64,000 bases of DNA. Source: Macrostomum hystrix. Its lineage: Eukaryota > Animalia > Platyhelminthes. The stretch is taken from NCBI GenBank assembly GCA_950097015.1, contig CATNEN010000035.1, positions 1,116,001-1,180,000 of the forward strand, written 5' to 3'. The notes under the pieces are model-generated. The model was not told the DNA's origin and ran no database searches. It was given only the letters and a program-made list of their open reading frames with translations. Shown one piece after another: positions 38,092 through 50,321 of the stretch; the first letter of the stretch is position 1; each line of letters opens with the position of its first letter. The position numbers were made by a program, and so were the translations under genes.

Positions 38092-38302
38092 TCTGCTGCT
38101 GCTGTTGCTGTGTTTGCAACTGATGCTGATACTGCTGATGCTGCTGTGCTAGCTGAGCTGCCGCTGCAGCAGCCGCAGCCTGACTCTGTTGTAGATGTTG
38201 CTGTTGATGCTGCTGCTGATGCTGCTGGTGTTGCTGTTGTTGATGCTGTGCCATCAGGGATGCTTGCGAACCGGCATTGCTGCTCATTAATTTCTTATGC
38301 AT
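18479..38302 (-). CDS. KDM3: KDM3/JMJD1-like JmjC-domain protein with zinc finger and Q/H/P-rich N-terminus (about 1420 aa); catalytic residues degenerate
   Basis: Exons 38302-37374, 35362-34270, 31118-30851, 23815-23584 (KCRECR...ACRFLGFRK), 20389-18832 ([17 protein letters not shown] finger; FWDGF; PGALWHVF; [17 protein letters not shown]), 18667-18479 ([18 protein letters not shown]...LLYRAVRDA*). Total 4269 nt = 1423 codons with all junction phases matching. The start codon is uncertain (ATG at 38302 or 38287). Confidence 0.88.
18679..18808. repeat. 26-bp tandem repeat GGTGAATCAACAGTCAGTATATTCCA x5 in the last KDM3-like intron
   Basis: Occupies about 130 of the 164 nt of intron 18668-18831. 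Confidence 0.95.
20422..20763. repeat. Minisatellite, 16-bp unit TGCACCTGTACTAGAT, about 21 copies
   Basis: Directly visible; ends about 30 nt from the acceptor at 20390. Confidence 0.95.
21740..22180. repeat. G-rich minisatellite, 21-22-bp unit GGATATAGGGG(T/G)AGCC(C/A)(T/C)CAT, about 20 copies
   Basis: Directly visible. Confidence 0.92.
22768..23497. repeat. Minisatellite, 20-bp unit CTGAAATCCCAAATCACACA, about 36 copies
   Basis: Directly visible. Confidence 0.95.
23845..24444. repeat. Minisatellite, 32-bp unit CACAGGTGTTGCTAGATG(A/T)GCCCTGTGTGTCA, about 19 copies
   Basis: Directly visible; ends about 30 nt from the acceptor at 23816. Confidence 0.95.
25124..25358. mobile_element. Candidate non-autonomous MITE (about 235 bp) with terminal inverted repeats
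   Basis: GCATTGCAA (25127-25135) and TTGCAATGC (25345-25353) are inverted; the interior has several TTCCCGGGAT-like palindromic motifs at about 30-bp spacing. No clear target-site duplication. Confidence 0.55.
26160..27215. repeat. About 1-kb polypurine (GGA/GAG) low-complexity tract
   Basis: Almost purely A/G on the plus strand, with internal block duplications. Confidence 0.95.
28064..29240. repeat. Pyrimidine-rich minisatellite, 28-bp unit TCTAGTCTGCCT(C/G)TCCCTCTGTCTCATC, about 42 copies
   Basis: Directly visible. Confidence 0.95.
29335..29945. repeat. Degenerate CT-rich minisatellite (ATCCCTAATCTCACTCTCTCTC-like)
   Basis: Directly visible, with larger block repeats. Confidence 0.88.
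30655..30836. repeat. 35-bp tandem repeat AATGACTGGGGACCAAATGACTGGTCACTGGGGAT x5
   Basis: Begins about 15 nt after the donor at 30850. Confidence 0.92.
31779..34228. repeat. Minisatellite, 34-bp unit GAAATATAGAGGCTT(G/C)TCCTAGCTGAGGATCTGG, about 72 copies
   Basis: Directly visible; fills most of intron 31119-34269. Confidence 0.96.
35398..35601. repeat. 21-bp tandem repeat TAGAAGATTCCATAGAATGCT, about 10 copies (intronic)
   Basis: Lies on the intron side of the acceptor at 35363, although the ORF track reads through it. Confidence 0.9.
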
Positions 38303-38351
38303 TTGTGTGCTTAGATATTTTATAAGACCCGCGGAAAGAGCGAAGCTGGAG

Positions 38352-38359
38352 TATTTATA
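38352..38359 (-). promoter_or_regulatory. Candidate TATA box for the KDM3-like gene
   Basis: TATAAATA on the minus strand about 50 nt upstream of the first in-frame ATG (38302). Motif only. Confidence 0.25.
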
Positions 38360-40247
38360 ACCGATAGACCTGCTTGCTTTGCAGCAGTTAGAGTAACTGG
38401 GCCTTTTATAATTAATGCCAAAATTATTTTCTCACTGACTGACACTGAAAATAAAATATTGCCAGATGTTCTATATAGCTATATTAATAGGCAGAGTAAA
38501 TATGCCGCTTGCACTTGCTTTACTGGGGTAGAAAGAGAACGGGCTATCATGCGGTATAACACACAGACACAGAGCTTTATTATAGTTGCATTCCAGTCAG
38601 TCATAGTGAAGGGTATTATTATTATGCCCCGAGCCCCACCCCGACAACCTCATTCCGAAGCCTCCGCGCCCTTCACCCCGTTCTAACAGAGATAGTAGTA
38701 CACTCTGGATTGGCCCGCTGGGCGTTTTGGATTGGGTTGTAAGGCAAGCGGAGTGGGGCGGGCGGTCAGTGTTTTTTAAAGTCAGTCAGCCAGTCAGCCA
38801 GCCAGTCCTGTTTTGTTTGTGTGGTCTTAATTCCTAAGCTGATTGAGGCACGATGTTCCGCGGAGGGGGTGGGGTGGGTGCTGTGCTGCCAGAATATCAG
38901 GTCATTATAGTGCAAGCCCTAAAAAAGGAATTTCACTTAAGCACTGTACTCCATGCATACCATTACCATCAATTAAATAGCGTCCGGTGTCTCGCATACT
39001 GTTAATAAAATGCATTCTTAGAAGTTTAGATTTCATACCGTGCTATATTGCAATATTGTTGGCTAAGTGGCTTAGTGAATAATTACGAGCGTATAATTTA
39101 ATGTCTGTTTCTTTGAGGGTTTGATTTATTAATTAGCTTTGTGGGAGGGTCTCAAATTAAACTAAGCACAAACAGTAATTATTCTAATGATGAGTGATGA
39201 CTAATTTAATTAGATTCCAATTAATCTGGATTGTAAAAAAGGCAAGCTGAACTTCATTGCTAGCTTTCTAATTAACGCGTCATTTTACTGATTATAACTG
39301 AAGCCTGAGGGCGAAAAATATGACAGATGGGCATAGAATGGGGTTATTCAAAGGTGTTTTAAAATTGGGGCAGGTGTAACTTTTTTATTCTATCTAAACT
39401 CCATAAAACGTAATGGACACAAATCAATTGAAATGCAGAGCATAAAAGTGTCTTTCTGGCCCAAAGTAAAGGGTCTGTCAGTATTATTTATCAGACCAAG
39501 GTTAAATTAATCTAGCAACACCTAGTTTGCTAACATAAGGCTTCAGGTGGCCTTTGCCCTGCCCTCCACGGCCCTCTTCTGAACAGTTATTTGTTCAACG
39601 CCACCAGGACCTGCGAGGTGGAATTCCAAAGGTTCCAAATTATAAAGTCAGCTCCAGGGCTTGTGATTAGATAAAAAATAAAGAAAAACGCCATGCAAAC
39701 CTGCCCACGTCCTTCGGCCCTCTATAGTGTTGAGAGCAGCTAAAGTTTGGAGGTCGGGAGTGCATTGCAGCGGAGGGTGGGGTGGGGGCGCAAAGGCAAG
39801 CCAGCGGAGGGAGGGTTGCAAAAAAGGTCAAAACACTTCGAAGTAATGCACGCGTGCACACAATTGCGCAGCTATCGTACTGAACAATATTTGCTTGGCT
39901 GCAAAAACCTAATAAAATAACGGCTTTGGGTTTAACTAACTGCTTCTGTTGCCAAACACCCCGAAACCACATACCAAAGAACCTTCGCTTGGCTTGTAGC
40001 GATGCTAAAGGTCACTCTACTCTATCTGTAGGAGGCTAGGAGCGCAGATACAACAGAACTTGCGCTAATACAATAGCTGCCTGTAAAACCCAAGGCCGAT
40101 GAAAGTAACATCTTGTACTTTTATTTTTTAGGTTTTTGTGTGATAATGCTAGATAACGATCTCTACTTATCATGATATTCTGTTGAACAGTATAGTATCT
40201 ATCCTGACTAGCAACCATATCCAGCAACTTGACACTGCAGCTAGTAC

Positions 40248-42669
40248 AAGAGGCCTGACCCAGCAGCTAGTACAAGAGACCTGACCCAGCAGCTAGTACA
40301 AGAGACCTGACCCAGCAGCTAGTACAAGAGACCTGACCCAGCAGCTAGTACAAGAGACCTGACCCAGCAGCTAGTACAAGAGACCTGACCCAGCAGCTAG
40401 TACATGAGGCCTGACCCAGCAGCTAGTACAAGAGGCCTGACCCAGCAGCTAGTACAAGAGGCCTGACCCAGCAGCTAGTACAAGAGACCTGACCCAGCAG
40501 CTAGTACATGAGGCCTGACCCAGCAGCTAGTACAAGAGACCTGACCCAGCAGCTAGTACATGAGGCCTGACCCAGCAGCTAGTACAAGAGACCTGACCCA
40601 GCAGCTAGTACAAGAGACCTGACCCAGCAGCTAGTACAAGAGACCTGACCCAGCAGCTAGTACAAGAGACCTGACCCAGCAGCTAGTACAAGAGACCTGA
40701 CCCAGCAGCTAGTACAAGAGACCTGACCCAGCAGCTAGTACAAGAGACCTGACCCAGCAGCTAGTACAAGAGACCTGACCCAGCAGCTAGTACAAGAGAC
40801 CTGACCCAGCAGCTAGTACATGAGGCCTGACCCAGCAGCTAGTACAAGAGGCCTGACCCAGCAGCTAGTACAAGAGGCCTGACCCAGCAGCTAGTACAAG
40901 AGACCTGACCCAGCAGCTAGTACATGAGGCCTGACCCAGCAGCTAGTACAAGAGACCTGACCCAGCAGCTAGTACATGAGGCCTGACCCAGCAGCTAGTA
41001 CAAGAGACCTGACCCAGCAGCTAGTACAAGAGACCTGACCCAGCAGCTAGTACAAGAGACCTGACCCAGCAGCTAGTACAAGAGACCTGACCCAGCAGCT
41101 AGTACAAGAGACCTGACCCAGCAGCTAGTACATGAGGCCTGACCCAGCAGCTAGTACAAGAGACCTGACCCAGCAGCTAGTACAAGAGACCTGACCCAGC
41201 AGCTAGTACATGAGGCCTGACCCAGCAGCTAGTACAAGAGACCTGACCCAGCAGCTAGTACATGAGGCCTGACCCAGCAGCTAGTACAAGAGACCTGACC
41301 CAGCAGCTAGTACAAGAGACCTGACCCAGCAGCTAGTACAAGAGACCTGACCCAGCAGCTAGTACAAGAGACCTGACCCAGCAGCTAGTACATGAGGCCT
41401 GACCCAGCAGCTAGTACAAGAGACCTGACCCAGCAGCTAGTACATGAGGCCTGACCCAGCAGCTAGTACAAGAGACCTGACCCAGCAGCTAGTACAAGAG
41501 ACCTGACCCAGCAGCTAGTACAAGAGACCTGACCCAGCAGCTAGTACATGAGGCCTGACCCAGCAGCTAGTACAAGAGGCCTGACCCAGCAGCTAGTACA
41601 AGAGGCCTGACCCAGCAGCTAGTACAAGAGACCTGACCCAGCAGCTAGTACATGAGGCCTGACCCAGCAGCTAGTACAAGAGACCTGACCCAGCAGCTAG
41701 TACATGAGGCCTGACCCAGCAGCTAGTACAAGAGACCTGACCCAGCAGCTAGTACAAGAGACCTGACCCAGCAGCTAGTACAAGAGACCTGACCCAGCAG
41801 CTAGTACAAGAGACCTGACCCAGCAGCTAGTACAAGAGACCTGACCCAGCAGCTAGTACAAGAGACCTGACCCAGCAGCTAGTACATGAGGCCTGACCCA
41901 GCAGCTAGTACAAGAGACCTGACCCAGCAGCTAGTACAAGAGACCTGACCCAGCAGCTAGTACAAGAGACCTGACCCAGCAGCTAGTACAAGAGACCTGA
42001 CCCAGCAGCTAGTACAAGAGACCTGACCCAGCAGCTAGTACATGAGGCCTGACCCAGCAGCTAGTACAAGAGGCCTGACCCAGCAGCTAGTACAAGAGGC
42101 CTGACCCAGCAGCTAGTACAAGAGACCTGACCCAGCAGCTAGTACATGAGGCCTGACCCAGCAGCTAGTACAAGAGACCTGACCCAGCAGCTAGTACATG
42201 AGGCCTGACCCAGCAGCTAGTACAAGAGACCTGACCCAGCAGCTAGTACAAGAGACCTGACCCAGCAGCTAGTACAAGAGACCTGACCCAGCAGCTAGTA
42301 CAAGAGACCTGACCCAGCAGCTAGTACAAGAGACCTGACCCAGCAGCTAGTACAAGAGACCTGACCCAGCAGCTAGTACAAGAGACCTGACCCAGCAGCT
42401 AGTACAAGAGACCTGACCCAGCAGCTAGTACATGAGGCCTGACCCAGCAGCTAGTACAAGAGACCTGACCCAGCAGCTAGTACATGAGGCCTGACCCAGC
42501 AGCTAGTACAAGAGACCTGACCCAGCAGCTAGTACAAGAGACCTGACCCAGCAGCTAGTACATGAGGCCTGACCCAGCAGCTAGTACAAGAGACCTGACC
42601 CAGCAGCTAGTACAAGAGACCTGACCCAGCAGCTAGTACAAGAGGCCTGACCCAGCAGCTAGTACAAGA
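40248..42669. repeat. Minisatellite, 26-bp unit CAGCAGCTAGTACA(A/T)GAG(A/G)CCTGACC, about 93 copies, three unit variants
   Basis: Directly visible. Confidence 0.97.
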
Positions 42670-43289
42670 TGACAGACGCACACTATGGAAATCACAAACG
42701 ACACTGCAGGACGCAAACGCAGATCAATGGACCAAGCGTTGCACTCAAGCTTCTCAGTGTAACATTATAAATCAAAATCTTACCTAAATTTTGGGCTAAA
42801 GTTATTCGCTGTCAGTTTTTTGTCTTGCTTTTCGACTATAGTAAGCAGAAGCCAAGGTACAGTAGAGTGGAGTAGAGTAGACAGTGTGGGTGTGGGTAGA
42901 TGAAATTCCCTGCTAGCCTCTAGGCAACCAGTTTTCAGTGATTGATTGCAGGAAAGCTTTCTGTTAAATGACTGCGTTTCTCATAATTAAATTGCTAGCC
43001 AGTTCTTGCACAAACACCCTTGGCCCCTGGAGCTTGTATTGTCTCTTCTATCTTTTGTCAATCTTTTCAAGAATGAGACCTTGTCCTGCTAAAACAGGAC
43101 AATGTTCCCCAGGCCGCAGAAGTCTGCACTCCAGCTGCTCAGCAAAAGTACTCTTGTTACTAGCTGTACATGCAAGAAAGCAGCCGGCATACTTTAGCCA
43201 CTCTCTAACTTCCTGAGTTCATCCCATAATGCTTTTATGCTCAATGCCATTGCTCAGACATCTTTCACATTCTTCTCAATCTGCCGCAA

Positions 43290-43960
43290 CCCTCTCTTCT
43301 CAATATTCCCCAACCCTTCCTCCCTTCTCAATCTCCCCCAACCCTTCCTCCCTTCTCAATCTCCCCCAACACTCCCTTCTCAATCTGCCTCAACACTCCT
43401 TCTCAATCTCCCCCCAAACACTCCCTTCTCAATCTCCCCCAACACTCCCTTCTCAATCTCCCCCAACACTCCCTTCTCAATCTCCCCCAACACTCCCTTC
43501 TCAATCTCCCCCAACCCTTCCTCCCTTCTCAATCTCCCCCCAACCCTTCCCCCCTTCTCAATCTCCCCCAACACTCCCTTCTCAATCTCCCCCAACACTC
43601 CCTTCTCAATCTCCCCCAACCCTTCCCCCTTCTCAATCTCCCCTAACACTCCATTCTCAATCTGCCTCAACACTTCCTCCCTTCTCAATCTGCACCAACC
43701 CTTCCTCCCTTCTCAATTTCCCCCACCCTTCCTCCCTTCTCAATCTGCACCAACCCTTCCTCCCTTCTTAATCTCCCCCACCCTTCCTCCCTTCTCAATC
43801 TGCACCAACCCTTCCTCCCTTCTCAATCTCCCCCCAACACTCCCTTCTCAATCTCCCCCAACACTCCCTTCTCAATCTCCCCCAACACTCTCTTCTTAAT
43901 CTCCCCCCAAGACTCACTTCTCAATCTCCCCCAACACTCCCTTCTCAATCTGACTCAACC
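43290..43960. repeat. CT-rich degenerate minisatellite, about 24-bp unit CCTTCTCAATCTCCCCCAACACTC
   Basis: Directly visible. Confidence 0.9.
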
Positions 43961-44234
43961 CTTCATTCCTTGTTGGTCCAGAGTGCCCAGGCCTTCCTAT
44001 GTCCTCATGAGTGACTCAAGCGTGGTTTTAGTCAACTGCCTTGCACCATTTTTCAGTGAAATTGCAAACAAAAGTAAGCTGGTTGAGCATAAATAAAGCA
44101 CACTCAGATATTATTAGCAAGTTTTGCAGCTGGTTTTGCATAATTTTGAATGCGTGTGCAAAAACTGCATTTTAAAGTACATAAAGCTTCTAAAAGTTGC
44201 GAAACGATCTCCCTGAAGCAAATATTTAGCACAA

Positions 44235-44481
44235 CATTCTGGGTGGTGAGATTCTGGGTGGTGAGATTCTGGGTGGTGAGATTCTGGGTGGTGAGATTCT
44301 GGGTGGTGAGATTCTGGGTGGTGAGATTCTGGGTGGTGAGATTCTGGGTGGTGAGATTCTGGGTGGTGAGATTCTGGGTGGTGAGATTCTGGGTGGTGAG
44401 ATTCTGGGTGGTGAGATTCTGGGTGGTGAGATTCTGGGTGGTGAGATTCTGGGTGGTGAGATTCTGGGTGGTGATATTCTG
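44235..44481. repeat. 15-bp tandem repeat ATTCTGGGTGGTGAG, about 16 copies
   Basis: Directly visible; near-perfect copies. Confidence 0.96.
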
Positions 44482-45455
44482 CATGATAATCAGCAGCTGA
44501 TACTCTGCAGGTGAAATGAAAGGCTTTTGAAATCGGAGTCCCACCCAAGTCGAGTATTTCCCCATAGTTCGAGTCAGGCCGGGACACCTGATACTTATTT
44601 ATCTTCTTGTTCATCGGAAGCAAAGCAGATCAAGGAAAGGCGGTGCCTGCATGGTTTGGAGTTGAGAACCGCATGAAAGCGGAGAGGTGGAAACAGGTAT
44701 TCTCTTCTTAATCTCATTGCCTTTTGAGCAGAGTATCCTATTGCTGTAGCAGATTTGATTTTGTCATTTCAATTTCGATCTTAAGCCGCGCATTGCGCGT
44801 GTCACACCAGCAATTTATAGCTGGGATAATTAAAGCAGACCGAGAGGAAAGGTAGAGAGAAGTAGACAGGCAGGAAAACGGTTGCGAGTAGAAATAGTAG
44901 TAGTAATTTTAGTAATTTAAAAGAGCTAAAATGTGAAGGCCGTTTACACGAAAGAAAGAGACAAGCAGAAATTAAGAAATTGAAAAATGCAAGTCTGTCC
45001 CTGGCTGTTTAATTAGGACAATAAAAGACTTGAGTCTGCATTGAGATGGTGTTATTGTGTGCAGTGAGATGCATGCTCTGAGGCAAAGGTAAAAATAGCA
45101 TGGAACAGTGCAAGGGCAGGCGAATCATTGCGGCCGGGTGACGCACACACGCATACTAAAAGCAAAAGTTTTGTCCGAAAGAAACTGGCCCTGTGGAAAC
45201 ATAGAGAGTTGTGCACTCTGTACTAGGCGGCAAACGAAAAGTGCAAACAATCAATTGTGTGAAGATTTCGTTTCCGTGCCTGCATAAAGGAAATTTTATA
45301 TAGTCCAGGGACATTCGGACCAAAGCCTATCCAAGTCGTGCGTGAGCAAATAGAAAGGAAACTAGTTTAAGCAAATTTGGGAAGAGGAAAATGTGCGACT
45401 AAATTAGACTTGAAACTGCCTCTAGACACCTGATTAGTGGGCAAGTTTGGCAAAT

Positions 45456-45812
45456 GAGTGAGTGAGTGAGTGAGTGAGTGAGTGAGTGAGTGAGTGAGTG
45501 AGTGAGTGAGTGAGTAAGTGAGTGAGTGAGTGAGTGAGTGAGTGAGTGAGTGAGTGAGTGAGTGAGTGAGTGAGTGAGTGAGTGAGTGAGTGAGTGAGTG
45601 AGTGAGTGAGTGAGTGAGTGAGTAAGTGAGTGAGTGAGTGAGTGAGTGAGTGAGTGAGTGAGTGAGTGAGTGAGTGAGTGAGTGAGTGAGTGAGTGAGTG
45701 AGTGAGTGAGTGAGTGAGTGAGTGAGTGAGTGAGTGAGTGAGTGAGTGAGTGAGTGAGTGAGTGAGTGAGTGAGTGAGTGAGTGAGTAAGTGAGTGAGTG
45801 AGTGAGTGAGTG
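45456..45812. repeat. (GAGT)n microsatellite, about 90 units
   Basis: Directly visible. Confidence 0.97.
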
Positions 45813-46520
45813 ACTGAGACTCAATCCTGAGTACACGTGAGCAGAGTTACTGGAAGCCCCAGGAAATGCCGCTAATTTTCGGGCAAAGCTGAGCGGGGCT
45901 TCAGGGCACGGAGGCCGTGAGTCAGTCGCTGCTGGCGGTTGCTTTAAGCTTTCCAGTGGGCTGCCTGTAAACAGGGAGGCTGAAGAGGGGCCGCAAATGG
46001 AATTGGAATTTTTGCCTCAAAGATTATACAGCCTGCGACTGCTCAGGCAGCGGAGCAGATGTTGTCGAATTTCTATGCTAGACTCGTGACGAAGAGAGAA
46101 AAGCAAAAATAAGGAACGCGAAGGGGGGCAGGGAGACGGTAATAATCGTGCACTTTTAACTGTGCAGCGGATTAGGCATTAGCATGTACTATTATTAGAC
46201 CCACGCCCTGCTCCTGTCCCTACTCTCCTTATCAGCCCAGGACCTGATTAAAGCCTCAATGACGGCGCTGTGTAATCTGCTCAGAGAGGGGCTGATTAAA
46301 GAGGAGTTCTGTAATTATTGCCGCGACAGCTCGCGCAGATACAGGGTTCGGACTGATCTGCAGATTGTTTTGAAGGCTCGCATGGGTCGTGGAGGCCTTT
46401 TGTAAATTAAAACTGACAGTCAAAGAGAATGATCTGCGCGCGAATGACTCATGTTTATCTGATGAGAGCCACTCGCTTACCTGCTGTATCTAGGGCTGTT
46501 CTACATGGCCTGTTTGCCTA

Positions 46521-46751
46521 CTCACTCACTCACTCACTCACTCATTCACTCACTCACTCACTCACTCACTCACTCACTCACTCACTCACTCACTTACTCA
46601 CTCACTCACTCACTCATTCACTCACTCACTCACTCACTCACTCATTCACTCACTTACTCACTCACTTACTCATTCACTCACTCACTCACTCACTCATTCA
46701 CTCACTTACTCACTCACTTACTCACTCACTCACTCACTCACTCACTCACTC
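46521..46751. repeat. (ACTC)n microsatellite, about 57 units (reverse complement of the preceding one)
   Basis: Directly visible. Confidence 0.97.
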
Positions 46752-48271
46752 CGTGAAGTCGGACAGTGTTCGCAATGGTATTTTATTCCTTTCCTAGCCA
46801 AGAGAAATCCTTTGTAAAAAAGCAGCAATAAATAGTGAAGAAATTGTGCTGTCAGTGTCACAAGCGTGACCTTGAGACAAAGGCTGCCGGAGCGAATAGA
46901 GGCCGAGACAGCAAAGTACAATTTCTGAAAAAAACAGGCTTACTGTTGCACAGCTGATTAAGTAAGGCTAGTTAAGAGCAAGACAGAGACAGGCAGAGAC
47001 GCATTTGATTTGTACAGGAATGTACTTTTTCAACGGCCGTTAATCTGAAGTGAGTCTCAAACTGAAGCCCCGGCTCTCAGGATTAAGAACAATCGCGTCT
47101 AAAATTCTAATCTATAGCTAAGACGGCAGTGCCACAGCACTGAGGATTAGGACTGGGAATAAAAATAGTTGATTGCTCATGTAGGAGCTATAGTCAGACA
47201 GTTGACAAATGAGTACACTTGCATGAACTCATAGTGGAATGGCTGGGGATTGGCCCAGAAGCCTAATTGAGCATGTTGTTTACAGACTGGCATACATTCT
47301 GGCCATTTTTCAGCACACTTTCCACCCATCTGCTGCAATTTCTCGCATAAGATCTCGCAGCATCAATATGATTACCTGTCCTTTCTTTCCAATCAGCAAT
47401 TTGAGTTTAGGCCTGACCTAGTGTTCCTCGATGGCTGAAGACAGCATGCATTATCGTGATTAATCAGCCGAAACCCTCCTTTTGCATGCTATAACCAAGC
47501 TTAGTGCAATTTCGCAAACTCTCCTATGTCAATAGGCATCAAAAGAGTTAAAACAGGGAGCTCACAGAATAGGTGGGTGGAGCAGGTGCAGAGGACCCTG
47601 AGCATATTACTCCGAAAAGCTAATTAGAGAAAGGAATCCCTATAAGCAGGAAGACTGAGTCCATGCCACAAAAATTCCCTGCATTAACTTCTTTAAGTTT
47701 CCGACGCAGCAATTTCGTTTTTTGGCTAGTAAAAAAGTCAGGTAAACAGACTCATTAGATAAAGAACTGGCAGAAATGAATTAGCAAAAGCAGTATATTC
47801 TGCGCTCTTATTGGCTCGTCTCCATGCAGTAACAAAACAGCCGAGCTTCAAACTCTTATCTTTAATCTATTGTCTAACTAAATATAGCCACATAAAAATG
47901 CTTCAAAGCTAAGCAAAGTATAAAACTGTTTACAAGGGCAAATGCGCGATAGCAGACACTAGAGACAGATAATATCTATTAGCGTAACCTGGTTTGACAG
48001 CAGCGAAACAGCGGCCACTCCCTAAAAATACAATGGCGTGACAAATACCAACCCACCTGCCTAGTTCTATTTGCGCTTATCCCCCTCTCTCTCTATTATC
48101 AGAGACGAACACACCACTACCTGCTCACACGCATACAGTAGACAACCGGTCTTCTTTTTCAAAGCAAATTTCATATTGAAAGAATATGCCAAACTGACGG
48201 TGCGAATCTAGTATGTACTTTGCTGATGAACTTTGGACATCAAATATGGCAGCCATCTGAAGTAGCACACA

Positions 48272-48773
48272 CTAAAGTACCACATGTGTTAACAGACCAG
48301 TGACTGAGGTACCACATGTGTTAACAGACCTGTGACTGAGGTACCACATGTGTTAACAGACCTGTGACTGAGGTACCACATGTGTTAACAGACCTGTGAC
48401 TGAGGTACTACATGTGTTAACAGACCTGTGACTTAAGTACCACATGTGTTAACAGACCTGTGACTAAAGTACCACATGTGTTAACTGACCTGTGACTGAG
48501 GTACCACATGTGTTAACAGACCTGTGACTAAAGTACCACATGTGTTAACAGACCTGTGACTAAAATACCACATGTGTTAACAGACCTGTGACTAAAATAC
48601 CACATGTGTTAACAGACCTGTGACTGAGGTACCACATGTGTTAACAGACCTGTGACTTAAGTACCACATGTGTTAACAGACCTGTGACTGAGGTACAACA
48701 TGTGTTAACAGACCTGTGACTGAGGTACAACATGTGTTAACAGACCTGTGACTGAGGTACCACATGTGTTAAC
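48272..48773. repeat. Minisatellite, 32-bp unit GGTACCACATGTGTTAACAGACCTGTGACTGA, about 15 copies
   Basis: Directly visible. Confidence 0.95.
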
Positions 48774-50321
48774 ACATCAAACACTGATGTACCCCAGGAC
48801 TATAAAAGTAAAACAGCATTATTGAATTTGAGCTAGTCTAGTTGCCAGTCCAGAGCAAATTGGAGCAATTTAACAACGTGAAATCTTTTGACTGCATAAG
48901 CTTTTGGTGAAATAGAGTCATTTTGATGAGGGGATAATAGCGGCTCGAATTTTCGCAGTCCAAAGAACAGAGGAATAAATGAGAGTGTTCTAGTTTTTGC
49001 AGGCTTTTTTAAACATAACGACTGTCACATTTACCAGCCATTGCCACCATGCCAGTGGACCGCACGGCTTTGTGTAAATAACCGGAAGTCGTTAATCCTG
49101 ACAGTTATCCTACTAGAACTGAAATGTATGCACACTATTTGAGATAATCGGAGACTGAATAAAAGCGAAATCTATCTGCCATTGAAGCCATGGAATTGAC
49201 TGTTATCTTGCTTTTATGTGCTTTGCGTCGTATGGCTTTTCCATAGTAACTTAGAAAATTGTTTAATCATGTAATCATGAAATCAGTCGTGAGACGACTG
49301 CTGGCAGTTGCGGTTTCGCAATGCGCACTCCGTGAACGAAGTGTTTTCAATCGGAAATAAGAAGCAAGTATGCATACAAGCATGTTTAACCAGCAGAACC
49401 CCCCATCCAGCAAGTCAAACAGGCAACACAATACAAGAGAGGCTGCATAGTGTCTTGCACTTTTGGCCAAGCCTCCGTCTTGTTACCTGCTGACTGGGTG
49501 GGTCATACATTATGGCGTGAAGGGAACACAGGAAGGCCTGTGCCTGTATGAGAGGAATTTGCACTGCGTCGCCCGGAATGCTAGCTATTTCATTTGCCCA
49601 AATATACTGTTCCCATTTTTGCTACCCAATTTTTAGCTAAGGCAGGCAGACTCCTTCATCATTCACAGCCTCTTAAAGTTAGCTTCGCCTAACTTTTCTT
49701 TAGTTTGGTGCGCGCTATGAAGGGAGACGAGGAGCGAGGGTCAGCGAGTCGCGCGTAGTGTAGTTCAAGGTGCCCTTTCCGTATGGGATAACCTTCCCCT
49801 TAGCCTGGCCTCTTTTCAGCTTTTTTCATTGTGTTTTGGGTCGGGTGTAACTCTAGTTTGCAAAACGACTGAAAAGAATTGGCATTTCTGGCAACGGCCA
49901 CGGCCTTTGCGGGCCGGCGCAGATAAGTTATAGATCCCCAATTTGGTAAAAAGAATATCACATTCTATTCGCTCCTGAAGACACTCCGAAGGCTTACAGA
50001 ATGCTTTTTTCATGAACGTATCGCGCGGTGTCTGGGCGGGACCGTGCGAACGTACTTTTAACACCAATCCCGCATCAGAGCCTTTTTCACGAGTCCCTTA
50101 TCAGTTCTTAATCATTACTTGAAAGGCTTTTACAGTCACACTCGCACGCAACAAGTCTGATTAGAAACGTTTCTCTCTGTGATAGCAGAGGAATTCGTAT
50201 AGAATAATAACATTCTAGGTCGCACGCTATCTACGCGTATTATAGCAATGTCAGTGCAACTGCATGCTATGGCTTCTGCGAGTGCGTGACACACTTAATT
50301 AGTGATAGCAGGCTATAGTGG

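Noticed and set aside
44104-44623. (HHPES)n or (TTQNL)n repeat protein
   Set aside because: The 15-bp unit is identical at all codon positions and open in several frames, with no convincing exon context.
30412-47700. TTAA-CCCT / AGAGTTAA motifs suggesting piggyBac-like ends, and other transposon-like fragments (12120-12300, 36890-37070, 49850-50100)
   Set aside because: I could not match paired termini, target-site duplications or transposase sequence by eye.
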